This document shows positions 1-12,446 of a DNA stretch of 64,000 bases, one piece after another; positions within the stretch are counted from its first letter, which is position 1, and each line of letters starts with the position of its first letter. The notes beneath the pieces are model-generated. The model made no database searches. It saw nothing but the letters and a program-made list of their open reading frames with translations, and was not told where the DNA came from. Position numbers and translations under genes: made by a program. The stretch is from the human T2T-CHM13v2.0 reference genome, Homo sapiens. Location of the stretch: assembly GCF_009914755.1 (NCBI RefSeq), contig NC_060939.1; one strand, given 5' to 3'.

Positions 1-345
1 TTCAGTCATTCCTCTACTCCCTAAGATAAATGCATATGTGATTGCCTCATTTGGAAAGGCTAATCAGAAACTCAAAAGAATGCAACCATTTTTCTCTCAC
101 CTACTTGTGAGCTGGAAGCCACCTCCCTGTTTCCAGTTTCTTTCTGGAAGTACCAATGTACATCTTACATATATTGATTAATGTCTCTTGTCTCCCTAAA
201 CTGTATAAAACCAAGCTGTGCCCGACCACCTAGGGCACATGTCATCATGACTTCCTGAGGCCATGCCATGGGTGCATGTCCTTAACTTTGGCAAAATAAA
301 CTTCCTAAATTGACCCTGACCTGTCTCAGATACTTGGGGTTCACA
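1..345 (+). mobile_element. MER4A-like ERV1 LTR, 3' portion (cut by window edge)
   Basis: MER4-type sequence 'tataaaaccaagctgtgcccgaccacctagggcacatgtc', TATAAAA at 204-210, AATAAA near 295, ends 'ggggttcaca'. Confidence 0.8.
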
Positions 346-519
346 TATTTAATATTAAACATGCTATTCAGCCATATTTAGCCATATGAACCATACAAGA
401 CAGGTGACATGTTGTAATAAAAATTGCTTGGGTTATGTTATTAGATAGATATAATGGGTCTAATGTGGAAGACTAAATAGTCCCGCTACTTACTACTCAC
501 TGATTCCCAATACTTTCAC

Positions 520-588
520 GATGTTAATCAATTTACTTAATCTCTGAGCCTCAGTTATCTCAGTTATAAAATGAGAATCATGCCTCAT
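520..588 (+). mobile_element. MIR core fragment, interrupted by the downstream LTR
   Basis: 'ttacttaatctctgagcctcagttatctcagttataaaatgaga' resembles the MIR core. Confidence 0.6.
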
Positions 589-1386
589 TGAAATGAGAAA
601 GTTCCCTGACCCCCACTCACAGGATGTGTGACAGGGGTGTAGCTCATCTCTTTGGCTGACATGTGCACTCAAACCCCTTACGGGAGGGGTAACACACAAA
701 CAGGCAGGTGCAGAAGCTGGGGCAAGCATCCGCGGGATCCGCCATCATGGCAGCCTCCAGGGATGGGAGTCTGTGACTCCCGAAGCCCAAGTTGGCATAT
801 GTTACAGTGTGCTCTATTAGCCTTGCTGTCCATGGACAGCTTAAGTGTTAACCAGCTCGGTGCACTCTTGGTACCCAGCTCCTTGTCTGGCGACCAGGAA
901 GAATCAGTTAGCACACGGACGTAAAGGATGAATGCGGGGGTTTTACTGAGTGGTGGAGGTGACTCTCAGTGCGGGGGGCGGGGATGGATTGCTCTCAGGG
1001 GGAGCTGGAAGGGAAATGGAGTAGGAAGATGATCTTCCCCTGGAGTTTGGCCATCCATTGGCCAATCTCTCCAGCCATCCCCAGTTGAACACTTCTTGGC
1101 GTACAGACACTCCTCTTCTCTCTGCTCCACTGTTCTGCTCTTCTTCTGCTCTTCTGTTAGTCCTATCGTCTTCTTGTCTGCTTGTCTGCTCGTGGAGCCT
1201 GGGGTTGGGGTTTATATGGGTACAGGATGGAGGGACATGGCGGGCCAAAAGGCAACTTTTGGGCGTGAAAACAGAAATGCCTGTTCTCATTTAGGGTCAT
1301 GGGTTTCCCAGCTTGAGGGTGGGCCTTTGCCAGGGAACCACCCTCTTCAACCCAGTATTTTCCTGTTTTGTTTCCTGTCCCTATCA
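589..1386 (-). mobile_element. Solo ERV1 LTR, LTR1/LTR27/MER52 group
   Basis: TG...CA termini and a 4-bp TSD TCAT (585-588, 1387-1390). Minus strand begins 'tgatagggacaggaaac...gaagagggtggttccctggcaaaggcccaccctcaag'. TATA-like 'catataaa' near 1211. Confidence 0.88.
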
Positions 1387-1569
1387 TCATTTTAACAGTT
1401 GCCTAAGGTTTACAGGTAATATATAGGAAATACATGAAATATGGTTGGCAATATTTAGGCATATGTCAAGTATGATTAATAACAATAAGCATTCACACTA
1501 GAGCTTGTTATTTTATAGAAATGTATCAAGTTGTTGTTTTCTGTATAATTATTATGCTCATCAGAATTT

Positions 1570-2370
1570 CAGCTCCTTCAGGACATAGACTTTTATTATA
1601 TTTACTGCTATATCCTTAGTGATGAGAACATTTTCTGGAGTATAACAGTTGATTGCTCAATATTTGTTAAATTAATGAATGACTAATAACCATACTCAAT
1701 TTATTAGGAGTGATTATATTCATCACTGTCAAAATAAAACTTTAGGAAGACTAAACTGGAAGTTCTATGTAGGAAGGATTAAAGGGAGAAGTAGTAGGGA
1801 CCTTTATCAGGATACTGTCAGAGGAACCTAGATGAGAATGAATGTATGATTGTTCTAAAAACAGATAGAATTAAGGGGAAATATTCAAGAGACATTATGG
1901 TGGATGAATGAAATGCTGGAATTTAGCAAATGATCATATAAAGTTGGGATGAGGAGGGGGCCGTAAAGGGATAGGCTGTCTTGATGTCAATGAAGGAGTC
2001 CATGATGCTTAAGGTTTTGAGCCTCAGCCTTTAGAGGGATATTGATCTTAATTTACCAAAATGAGAATGTCAGGAGAAAGAGCTTATTTGCAAAGGAAGG
2101 CAAGCAAGTCAATTCTAGATGGCATATATGTAGATATACACTTATTGTGTGTTTTCTAAGTCAGATGCTATGCAAAGAGCTTCATATTCATTATCACTTT
2201 AAGTCCTTCTCAATGGTCATATGAGGTGGGTATAAAGATTACCAACTTTTTACACAAGAGACCAAAGCATACATTACAGTGACTGAATAACATTTCCAGG
2301 TCACATAGAAAGGATGTTGGGATTGCTTGTAGGCTGTCTCAACTCCAGAGATTCTAACCAAAAGGCTCCT
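1570..2370. mobile_element. Degraded L2 and MIR fragments
   Basis: L2 3'-end motif 'ctcaatatttgttaaattaatgaatga' near 1660, purine-rich antisense L2-like tract, MIR-like tail. Confidence 0.5.
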
Positions 2371-5039
2371 TGCATAGTTTGGGTTTGTGACGCTATTGGG
2401 ACATCAGGGAGAGGAAGGAATATAAGTAGTCCAAGAACTCAAGTGAAAGATTTGTCATTTCACCTTTGTAATAGTGTAAAATGTGTCCTGATGAGTTTTT
2501 ATTAAGAAATTCCTTTCAAATTATTTTTGGAAATTATTACACCATAGAATCCCTTGCCAAATATTCCGTATTTATTTGCTCAATTACACACATTTATTTA
2601 ATTCTAAGCAGGAGTTTGCAAAAATAAGATTCAGTTAATATCTGCAGTGGATGTGGTAGAGGCACCAGTGGAGAAACAGACAGTAATGGGAGGAATCCTA
2701 GGTGATACTGACCTTTCCCCCAGGCTGAAACTGACAACACTCACCTGATATTTTACCATCAGCTTTTCAGGTTCTTATTTTTCACATGAGTTTCCTCAGA
2801 AACTATTAGATATATAATCATCTCAATTCTCAGTGGTCAATTTTCAATTTTAAAATATAAATGGTGGAAGCAGTTTTTAGGTTGCACTTAGTTGATTCAT
2901 GAGATGAACATTAACAAATGTCCCTGAGAATACACCTTCTGTCTCTATTTATCCAATCAAGCAACTCATTATCATTCTAGTGACGTTTACAACTTTAGCA
3001 ACATTTCTGATTTATCAGAACTTTCCTCTTTGCTTACATTTTTGCTATCATGTTATATCCCAACAAATGCTTAATTGTTAATCAAATTCATTTTTAGAGC
3101 ATAGTGTTTTCAGTATCAAACTGGATGCTGCTGTCCAGGCCTGAATATCACCTACCAAATTGATGGAAATATGATTTCAGGAGCCTGATGACCGAAGAAA
3201 TAATTTACAGTTGATTTTACTAGACAGGAAGTAGTTCTGTGTTCCATAATCTACAGTGACACTAAAGTAGTCTCTATTTAGCTACAAGGCCTTATGGGTC
3301 ATTTTTTTTAATGGATTTTGCATTATTCCCTTAATAAGTAGACAAAGTTAGTCTAAAACAGACTATGGGGTTGTATCTGGAATATGTCTTAAGTCAGGGG
3401 CTCAATTAAAAAACCATTATTGTTAGACATTCAGTAGGCTTGAATATGAGGCTGGTTGACAATACAAAAGCTTTTTTGTATAATTATATGAAATTTTGCC
3501 TTTCTCTTTTTAATCTCATGATTTTTTGAGATTTTTGATTTGTATCAGAGTAAAAACAAAGGCATGCCTTCTTCAACTCTGTATCCTTCACAGTCTGTAG
3601 ACAGATCCCTGCCCCTGACATGTCCTCAGTGAATGTTTATTAAATTTGGTGGAAGTTGAGATTCTGAAATAATTTAAACAGAAGAGCACAGAAGCTATGT
3701 TTAAAACATATACTATGATCTGTCTCAGGTGAGGCATCTTGTCATCTAAGAATACTTGGCTCTGGTGCAAATCAACATTGAAGTAATTTGGTTGGCATGC
3801 AATACTCTCATGTTCCTTGACTCAAGAGAACCTGAAAATTGCCAGCACAGAGGAAGATGTCAGCATGAAGCAAGACTATTGAGCAGGGAGCACACATATA
3901 TTGAGGAGTGCTGGTGAGGAAAGTCAGGATTCACTTCTTAGGAGTCATGTTTTTCATTTGTTTTCCCACCAGAAACTCACCAAATATTGTGACCCTAGCC
4001 TTCTGCTGGAACTTCGAAATGTGGCAAGATAGACCCTAAACTGGAGTTTGCTAAACAGCTTCTTTTCTAGAACATTTTAATGACTTTAATAATGACAGCA
4101 ATAGTTTCTTCCAGTAGAGTCAAGAAAAGGGGGATACAAAGGAAGATCCTTTAGAGAAATGGATTTGATTCACGGTGGTAACAGGTCCCCAAGTGTCTTT
4201 GAGGCTCTTCTTTGACTGCCATGTTAAAGAGGTTCATCTTGACACCTTACCAAGCTCACTACTTCCTAGGTGCAGAAAGCATAAAGCATATTGCAGAGCC
4301 TGAGTATGATGCCAAAACACAGTGGAGGCATGTGGGTGTTTAGGGGCTAGATTGTTATTACTCCAGCAGCTACACAGTTATTGGAGGAGGTGCCCTTTTC
4401 CTTAGGATTAATTGGGTTTATATCACAATGGGGGTGAGTGAATGAGTTAGAATCTTTAAGCTTTTTCTAGCTTAGTGAAAGCTTGCTTTGTCCTGGAAAA
4501 TGAAACTGAAAATTAAAAAGGCTTTCTCATCTTTGAAAATCTTTTTTTTCTCTATTTTTCAGTAAATGGCAGAGCTACTCAGCAGAACTGACATTCTAAA
4601 AGGGTGGTGACAGTAATAGCGCATAAAAAAATGAGGCAAAAATCTCTATTTGAACTCCATTCATTTGGAATTTATTATTACATCCAGACAGACCAGACAT
4701 AAGTTTACTTTTAGAAAGGGTTACTACTCAAAAACATAATAATATACAATAAAATGTTATCATAGATGGCTCTCACCAATTTAGGTTCCTTTTCAACTAT
4801 CTTAAGCAAGAACATTTGCCAACAATTAATACAAACTTTAAATAAATAGAAAACATAAAAAATAGAGGTGATGTTGATAAAATTATTAATATGTCAGAAT
4901 GTTCCCCATTAAAAGGTTGATTATTTTTTATTAATACCCATGTTGGTACCAATTATTTTAAAGACAGTATCATAGAGAAAGGATTTGTATCAATTACTTA
5001 GAGGGAAGGTACTTGATGCCAATCTGTATGAAAACGACT

Positions 5040-5270
5040 GACATTTATTGAATACCTAATATATGCCAGCACTATGCCTACATTATTGAATTTAATTATT
5101 ACAACAAAGATAGCAGGTGGGTACATTTTTATTATGTTTTATAGACTAAGATACCATAACTTAAAAAGTTAAAAGCAGTTTGCCCAAGGCCAAATGGCTA
5201 ATATGTTGCTGAGACAAGGCTGGGAGCCAGGTCTGTCTAATACTGAATCATGTGCCTTTAACTCCTTTGA
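5040..5270 (-). mobile_element. MIR
   Basis: 'acatttattgaatacctaatatatgccagcactatgc...tttgcccaaggcca...gggagccaggtctgtct'. Confidence 0.65.
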
Positions 5271-6798
5271 CACAGTGATTCTTGATTTCTGCTTACAAAG
5301 TGATTTCCAGGTACAATCCCTAGCATAGCAGCATAAAGACAGTAATAAAGTAGGTTAAAGAAAGAAATGCTGTATAATGTACATATGCACATGTAGCCTG
5401 GCTGAATATTGGTCAGATTTTAAAATCCATGTTATTATAATTAAATATGAGGATTTGTTTATGTGTGTGTAGTTGGTTTTGAAGCACTGAAGTCAAAAGG
5501 GCATAAATGTAGTAAATAAATGGCCAGTGCAAACGTGGGTGAGGCAGGAGGGAAGGGTCACTTATACAGATAGTGGAATTAGAAAGCAAAAGTTCAATTT
5601 CACAGTCGTTAGCCTCCTAAGACCCTGTACACTTTAGGCCATTACTTACTGTTCAGTACTGAAGACATTGGAGACCACATTCCAAAAGAATTTACATAAA
5701 GAACCTAAAAGTCTGATACTATTTCAAAATCTAAAATATTTCTCCATTGCTGTATTTTTAAAAATCAGATGGAAGAGGTAACTTTCTTTTGCTGTGTTTT
5801 CATTTAAAGATGATTTTATTTTGTTGATGGATAAAATTAGAAACTTTACTGGGCTGGTAATAGCCATAAACAAAAAATGCATTTCTTTAAAATAGTATAA
5901 AATCAGATACTCACTAATTCGGACTTTCATACCCCCCAATAATTATGAGCTAAATAAACTGTTACGTTGCTACTAAGTAGAGTCTGGCTCTAAACTTCTT
6001 TGGCATAGCATACTACTGTTGAACCACACATTTCAAAACTCCACTTAGGCTTTTACCAGATAGACTGTAAGAGCCTCAAAGGACACAAGACTGGCCTTGC
6101 TGTCAATAATTCATGCACTAAAGTCTACCCATATGCTTTCATTTGATAGACTGCAGGATATAAATGATCTAAAAAGTGTGAATTAGTGCATTAAAAGAAA
6201 ATTCAATCTCAGAGTAGGATCATTTTTACACTTTTCTATTTTAAAATTTAAGACCTGATCACAGTTACGGGAAAAGTTGATTCATTCATCTCCCTGAAGA
6301 CCTCCACACACCCCTTTTAAAGACAGAAAACTAAAGAGAAGCGAGGGGAGGGCGGCTGATGAAAACCAAAGCTGGACCTTATTTATCACTGGCTAACAGA
6401 GGACAGAGGGAAGAGTGCATGAACACCTATGCCCATCCTCATAAGAAAATTTAGGACTGAATAGGATTTAATCCTTAACTCTTAATGCTAGTCATTCATC
6501 AAGCTAAACTATCTGAGTAATTAAGCATGCACCATCTGGAAATCTAAACCTGAACGTCACAGGTTTAGAAAATGAGAGCCAGCAAAGTGGAAAGGGATGA
6601 GTGGAAAGTGCATGCTAAAGAAGTGACTTGGTGCTACTCTTTCATCCAATGTGTATTTGTGACTAGATACCCAGAACTTGATAAGAAATACCGAAAAGGA
6701 GAAGAAACAAGTATATAGCAGAGACTCTGTCTTAGAGGAACTCAAATCTAGCTGAGGTGATAAGACATACGTAAATATAACACAGTTAAGTGACTATA

Positions 6799-7179
6799 TG
6801 CTATGGAGAGGGTTATGTCCCACAAATTTTGTATGTTGAACCACTAACCTCTAACATGACTGCATTTGGATATCAGGTTTTTAGGAGGAAATGAATGATG
6901 TCATAAAAGTGGGATCCTAAGCCAATAGAATTGGTGGCCTTATAAGAAGAGGAAGAGCAAGCTCTTTTTCTCTACACACACACTAAGGAAAGGGCTTGGT
7001 GAGTGCACAGCAAAAATGTGGCCATCTGCAAGCCAGGAAGAGGGCCGTCACCAGGAACTGAATTGGCTGGTACCCTGATCTTTGGCTTCCTAGTCTCCAG
7101 AAGTGTGAGAAATACATTTCTGTTAATAAGCCACTTGGTATGTGGTATTTTGCTTTGTCAGTCCAAGCTGACTAATACA
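6799..7179 (+). mobile_element. MLT1A/B MaLR solo LTR
   Basis: 'tgctatgg'...'gactaataca' termini, 5-bp TSD CTATA (6794-6798, 7180-7184), MLT1 motif 'ctagtctccagaagtgtgagaaatacatttctg'. Confidence 0.88.
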
Positions 7180-7189
7180 CTATATAAGG

Positions 7190-8450
7190 CAGCAAATGAT
7201 TTCCAACCCATATAAATGTCATAGAGAATTCGATGAGAACCATTGCTGAGGCAATCAGGAAAGCCTGGTTCTAAAGGAAACAGAATGCTTTAAGAAGCAA
7301 AGCAAGGGCTTGGGTAGGTGAAAGTTAGACAATGTGAACACGAAAACAGAGAAGTAAGCTGATAATGGATGCTCTGAGCATAGCCAAGTGGAGGTTCATG
7401 AAGAGGAAAGGAGAGAGAGAGATGGAGTCACAGGACTGAGTTGGAACCAGACCATGGGATTTTTCAGCACCAGGCTCAGGAATCTGATGGAGCAGTGAAA
7501 CAAACTACAATTTTAGGATTTGATTTGGAGCTGTTGTGTATTGAAAGATTGGAGAAGGGGTAGATAGATATAAAGCAGGAAGACCAATTTCAATGTTTTA
7601 GATTAGTCTAATCAGGTGATGAGGAGAGTCTTACCTCTGATGGTGACAGCTAATCAGAGGTTTTATCATCTTATGAATTAGGAAAGAGTAAATAGAATTA
7701 TTATGTTGGCAGGGCACCCAATTCTGAGTGGGCTAAAAAGGGCAATTTAGAACACAGCAATGATTGAGCCTGAATAGTTCTGAAGGAAAGCACAGGGCCA
7801 TACACAGAGTGACATTTAAGTTTGTTGTTGAATGGGACTACTGGGACTTCAGTTAACTGTCGTAAAGATTGACGACTAACTAATTTGTTCTTTAATCCAG
7901 ACCTGTATCTTTGACTGCTGCAGGAGTGTTTTTCCAGTGCCTTACTGGATGTGCCATGAGTATGTCAAAGTGAAAAATTGCCCAACTGAAATAAACTTCT
8001 ATACTCTCGATCTCCACAAATACAACCACTATGAGCTCAGGGGCCCAAAATTATTCTTCTTCCTCTTCCCATCCCATATTAAAGGGGTCAGGTGATTAAA
8101 TTATGCCAGAAACCTCAGTACAATGCTGCCCTTCCCTGCTGTATGATGTTCCACAGACATTTTCAATGACATGAGCTATTAAAAAACTAACCTCTTGGTC
8201 TTCCTGCTTCTAGCCTTACCCCCTTTACAACTTTCTCCAATATCACAAAGGCTTATTTTTCTAAAATGCAAATCTGCTCATGACACTTCTCTGTTTAAAA
8301 TGAGTCATTTTTTCCTCATTATTTGCAAAATAAACACAAACACCTTAGCATGACATTATTCAAATCTGGGTTGACTACCTTTACAGACTTACATCTCTTC
8401 AGTGTTCCTCTTGGTACATCGTCCTATCATATAATTGAATTAAAAGATTT
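7190..8450. mobile_element. L2 fragments (minus strand, then plus strand)
   Basis: L2-like 'ctaaaatgcaaatctgctcatgacacttctctgtttaaaa' and a purine-rich antisense tract. Confidence 0.55.
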
Positions 8451-8469
8451 TTAAATCCATGAATATATA

Positions 8470-8841
8470 CGCTATTGGATGAATTGTGACTCCTCAAAAT
8501 TCATAGGTTGAAGTCCAATCCCAAGTACTTCAAAATTTGACTGTATTTGGAGATAGGGTGTTTAAGTTCAAATGAGGTCATCAGGGTGGGCCCTAGTCCA
8601 TTATGACTGGTGTCCTTATTAGAAAAGGAAATTAGGGCACAGACACATATGGAAAGAAAATGATGTGAAGAGACAGGGAGAAAACAGCCAACTACAAGCA
8701 AAAGAGATTGGTCTCAGAGGAAACTAACATTGCTAACTTCATGATCCTAGACTTCTCACATCCAAAATTGTGAGAACATAAATTTATGTTGTTTAGGCCA
8801 CACATGGTGTTTTGTTATGGCAGCCTTAGAAAACTAAGACA
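8470..8841 (+). mobile_element. MLT1B-like MaLR solo LTR
   Basis: 'gactgtatttggagatagggtg...aaatgaggtcatcagggtgggccctagtcca'; ends 'aaactaagaca'. Confidence 0.85.
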
Positions 8842-8863
8842 AAATTATACTCATTTAAGTGCC

Positions 8864-9251
8864 TGCTATGGTCTGAAGGTTTGTTGCCTCCCCCAAGCTG
8901 CTTCCCACCTAATTCATACATTGAGATCCTCATGCCTGAGGTAATGGTATTATAATAGGATATGGGGACTTTTGTAGGTGATTAGTTCCTGGAGGCAAAG
9001 CCCTCATGAATGGAATTAGTACCCCTATAAACGAGGCCTGACAGAGAATCCTCATCCCTTCCACCACGTGAGGAGGATACAGCTAGAAGGTACTATCTAT
9101 GAACAAAAAAGTGGTCCCTTACCAGACAGTGATTCTGCTGGCACCTTGATGTTGGACTTTCAGCCTCCAGGATAGCAAGAAATACATTTCTGTCATTTAT
9201 AAGCTACCCAGTTTATAGTATCTGTTAGAGCTGCCTGGACAGAACAAGAGA
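8864..9251 (+). mobile_element. MLT1A0-like MaLR solo LTR
   Basis: Starts 'tgctatggtctgaa', contains 'gccctcatgaatggaattagt', 5-bp TSD GTGCC (8859-8863, 9252-9256). Confidence 0.87.
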
Positions 9252-9408
9252 GTGCCCACATAATACTTATGACTCCAAATAATGGACCCTGGGTTTCAAT
9301 CCTTTCTACAAATTACTCGCATTTACTTTTCCACAGTACAAGTTACAACTTTCAACTCCAGCAGTAGTCCCTGCTTTTCCTAAAATGTGTCTCCATAGAG
9401 ATAAAGGC

Positions 9409-9890
9409 TGTGATAAATTCCAACCCACTCCCCTTGTTTCTTACTAACAGAACCCCAAATTTATTCAAGGTAGCAGTGAACCTGGCTGGCTAAGAATATC
9501 AAGTTCTAAGCCACCTTACAACTAGAGTGGCCATATGATACTGTCTGGCAATAACATAAAATCTGAAGAGGCTGAGTGAGCCTTCAGGAAAAGTTTTGTG
9601 AAGATACCACTTTGCTGTCTACTCAAGAATCTCTATCCCTTCTTTCTTGGAGTAAGGATGTGATACCTAGAGAAGCTGCACCCATCTTGCAATGATAAGA
9701 ATGAAACACTTGCAAAGAATGGCAAGTAGAAATCTGAAAAGAGTCTGGGTCTGATGACACCCTTGAGCAGAAGCACCTGCCTTGGTCTGCCTAAATCTGG
9801 ATTCTCCATTATACAAGAGAAGTAAAACTCTGTTTAAACTAGTGGTAATTGGACTCTGTATTTTTTTCTGCCTACATTTCAAACTAATAA
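9409..9890 (+). mobile_element. Old MLT1 (MLT1J/K-like) LTR
   Basis: 'actagagtggccatatgatactgtctggcaat', 'agaagctgcacccatcttg', 'aagagtctgggtctgatgac'. Confidence 0.65.
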
Positions 9891-9937
9891 GATGAGTGAG
9901 GAAATCCATGCTTGTGATAAACATATGAGAAAACAAC

Positions 9938-10372
9938 TGTATTAGTTTTCAGGATTGCTATGGCCTCAAACTTAGTGGCTTAAAACAACACAAATTTGTT
10001 ACTTGCGGTTCTGTATGTCAGAAGATTGAAAGAGTTCTCGCAGGGCTAAAATCAAGGTGTTGCTGAATTGTATTTCTTTCTGGAGGCTCTAGAGAAGAAT
10101 TCCTTCCCTTTTCCTTAGTCCATGCCCCTTTTCCTCCATCTTCAAAAACATTCTTCTGTAGTTATATCTCTCTCTAACTCCAGAAGGAAAAAGTTGTCTG
10201 TTTCTAAGGACTCATATGATTAGATTGGCCCTGCTTAATCCAGGATAATCCCCCTAAATTCTGGTCCTTAATCACATGTGCAAACTCCATTTTGCCGTGC
10301 AAATAACATATTCTTAGGATCTAGAGATTAAGATATGGACATCTTTGGGTGACTGTTATTCTCCCTACAACA
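9938..10372 (-). mobile_element. MLT1D-like MaLR solo LTR
   Basis: 'tgtattagtttt...cttagtggcttaaaacaacacaaattt...gggctaaaatcaaggtgt...ctcatatgattagattggcc'. Confidence 0.8.
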
Positions 10373-11169
10373 AAAACACAAAGAAAACTATAAAAATTGC
10401 GAATTGCATTACCTTGTTTCCTGATATAACACAAGTTTCTTGTGCAGAGCCATACAAATAGTAGAAGGACAATGAAAAAATAGGTATTTTAAAAGACATG
10501 GGAAGAATTATATCAATTTTGGATGTTCCATACTACAGTAATACCATTATATCAGCAATAATCTACCTTTCCAGGATGGATAATGAGCCTGAACATCCCT
10601 TAAATTGGGAAAGCTAAAAATTGAATTAGGCAGAAATAATGAAAAATTTCTATTATTCACACATGGGTTGTTGCAATTTTTCAGCAGGACAGATTACGGA
10701 GGTAGAACGTTTTTTAGAACAAATGGCTGCTTTTCAAGAAAAGAAGTAGTTTCAGAAATCAGAAGGAAAATTTTATACAAAAACTTATGTAATGATAAAT
10801 ATTTAAAAATCCTCTACAATTTATCATTGCGTTTTTACCTTTATTGTCCAATTTAATCCTACATTTCTCTAGTAATATGGTACAACATTAAAAAGGCATT
10901 TTTGATTATTATCTTTTAGTTTATCTTGCAAATATGTTAAACCAGTACATCATTTGGTTCTTTTGCAAAAATTCCTTTTGGTTTCCATGCCTTTGCCATA
11001 TCTGCTGTCAACAGACATGCTTGGGTTCTCATAATTTAGTGTTTAGATTACCTAGTTTATTTGATTCTAAGCTCTCTTTCCTACAATGCAGTCTATATGC
11101 TGCTGCTAGAACAACCTCAGAAACAAAATTTTACAAGTATTCTAAATTTGTAATGAATACATTCATTTA

Positions 11170-11570
11170 AGGGAAGCTTGATTAATCATCCACACTTTGC
11201 TTTAGCACTTCCCATGACAAATAATACTACGTTTTGCAAGGTTCTCCATACTACTTTTTGACTTTTTAGAAAATGTCCATTCTTATTTTTATTTAACTTT
11301 CTATTTTCACTTGAAATCCACATACATTAAATTAAGTCTCTCTTCTACATACTAAATTTTCAGATATTTGAAGAGAGTTCTCATGTCTCTCCTAAATCTT
11401 GTCTCAGTTAAGCATTTTCTGTTTCTCCATCTCTTCCACATTACAGCTGGAAATTCAACATCTTTCTGCCCCCCTTTTTTGGATATATCATAGTTCAGTA
11501 AAGATACACTGAAAACTTTACTGCTTAAGTTGAGTATTCCTAAAACCAGGAGAGTGCAGTGTATAGGGGA
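11170..11570 (-). mobile_element. L3/CR1 fragment
   Basis: 'ttcagatatttgaagagagttctcatgtctctcctaaatcttgtctcagttaagcat' resembles antisense L3. Confidence 0.5.
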
Positions 11571-12446
11571 GAAGGTAGTAGCTCTGGTCTTAGTTTTTTA
11601 TATTGTCTTCAATTACTGAGTTCTGTTACTTTCATGTTATATTTTCTTCCATGACTTTTCTTATAACCTACAGAAAATATAGTCCCTCCAACACTGATCC
11701 TTAATAATTTTAAATATTTTTTTCTTATTGCACATGTAACATCTGTTTACTATAAATAATAAAGATGTTTAAAAATAAAATAAAAATCATAATCTCAGCA
11801 TTCAAAGAATTATCAACCACTAGAAACTAAGTGTAATAATCACATTTCCTAATTACATTAATAGCAATGATAATAATATCACATTAATAATCAATTAAAT
11901 GATTTGAATTAATCTTCTCACCAAGGACAACTAGAATTGATAAGGATCAATGACAGAGCGAGTGAGAAAGAGAGATAGGTACAAAGAGGTATAAAGACAT
12001 ATAGATATCCTTGACACTAATAAGATGAAGAATATTTTACTGGGACCATATCCAAAAGAACATAGAAATCAAAACAGGTTAACCAGCATTTGGGGTGGCA
12101 TTTATTTTGGTAGTGTTTGACAAGCACTTGTGACAACATACTGGGGCATGGAAAAGAAAATTTTTGGAGTCCAGGGATCAAAAAGCATGGAATTGCAGTA
12201 AATTCAACGATTTGGGTTGGGATTCTAAAGGGCTACAGTTTAGGATAAGAGTGAACTGGAAATAGAGGCTCTCCCAGACACTGCAAAACAAAAACAAAAA
12301 TAAAATAAAACACAAGAAAAACTTTAAATATTCTTAATTCCCAGATTGCTGATATCCTTAAATAATCAGCAAGAGTAAATGTGAGTTATTTATACTGGAT
12401 AGTAAAATTATTCTAATCTTCAAATTATATCTACAAATAAATTTCT

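Noticed and set aside
973-1013. Four G-runs, possible G-quadruplex
   Set aside because: Requires loops of 14 and 8 nt; weak, and common in LTRs.
493-1395. Cluster of overlapping 75-115 aa ORFs (also at 24427-25249)
   Set aside because: Caused by the higher GC of solo LTRs; no recognisable protein.
10567-10613. Possible 47-nt minus-strand exon (tttttag|CTTTCC...GGAAAG|gtagat)
   Set aside because: Weak donor and no recognisable peptide; expected by chance in AT-rich DNA.
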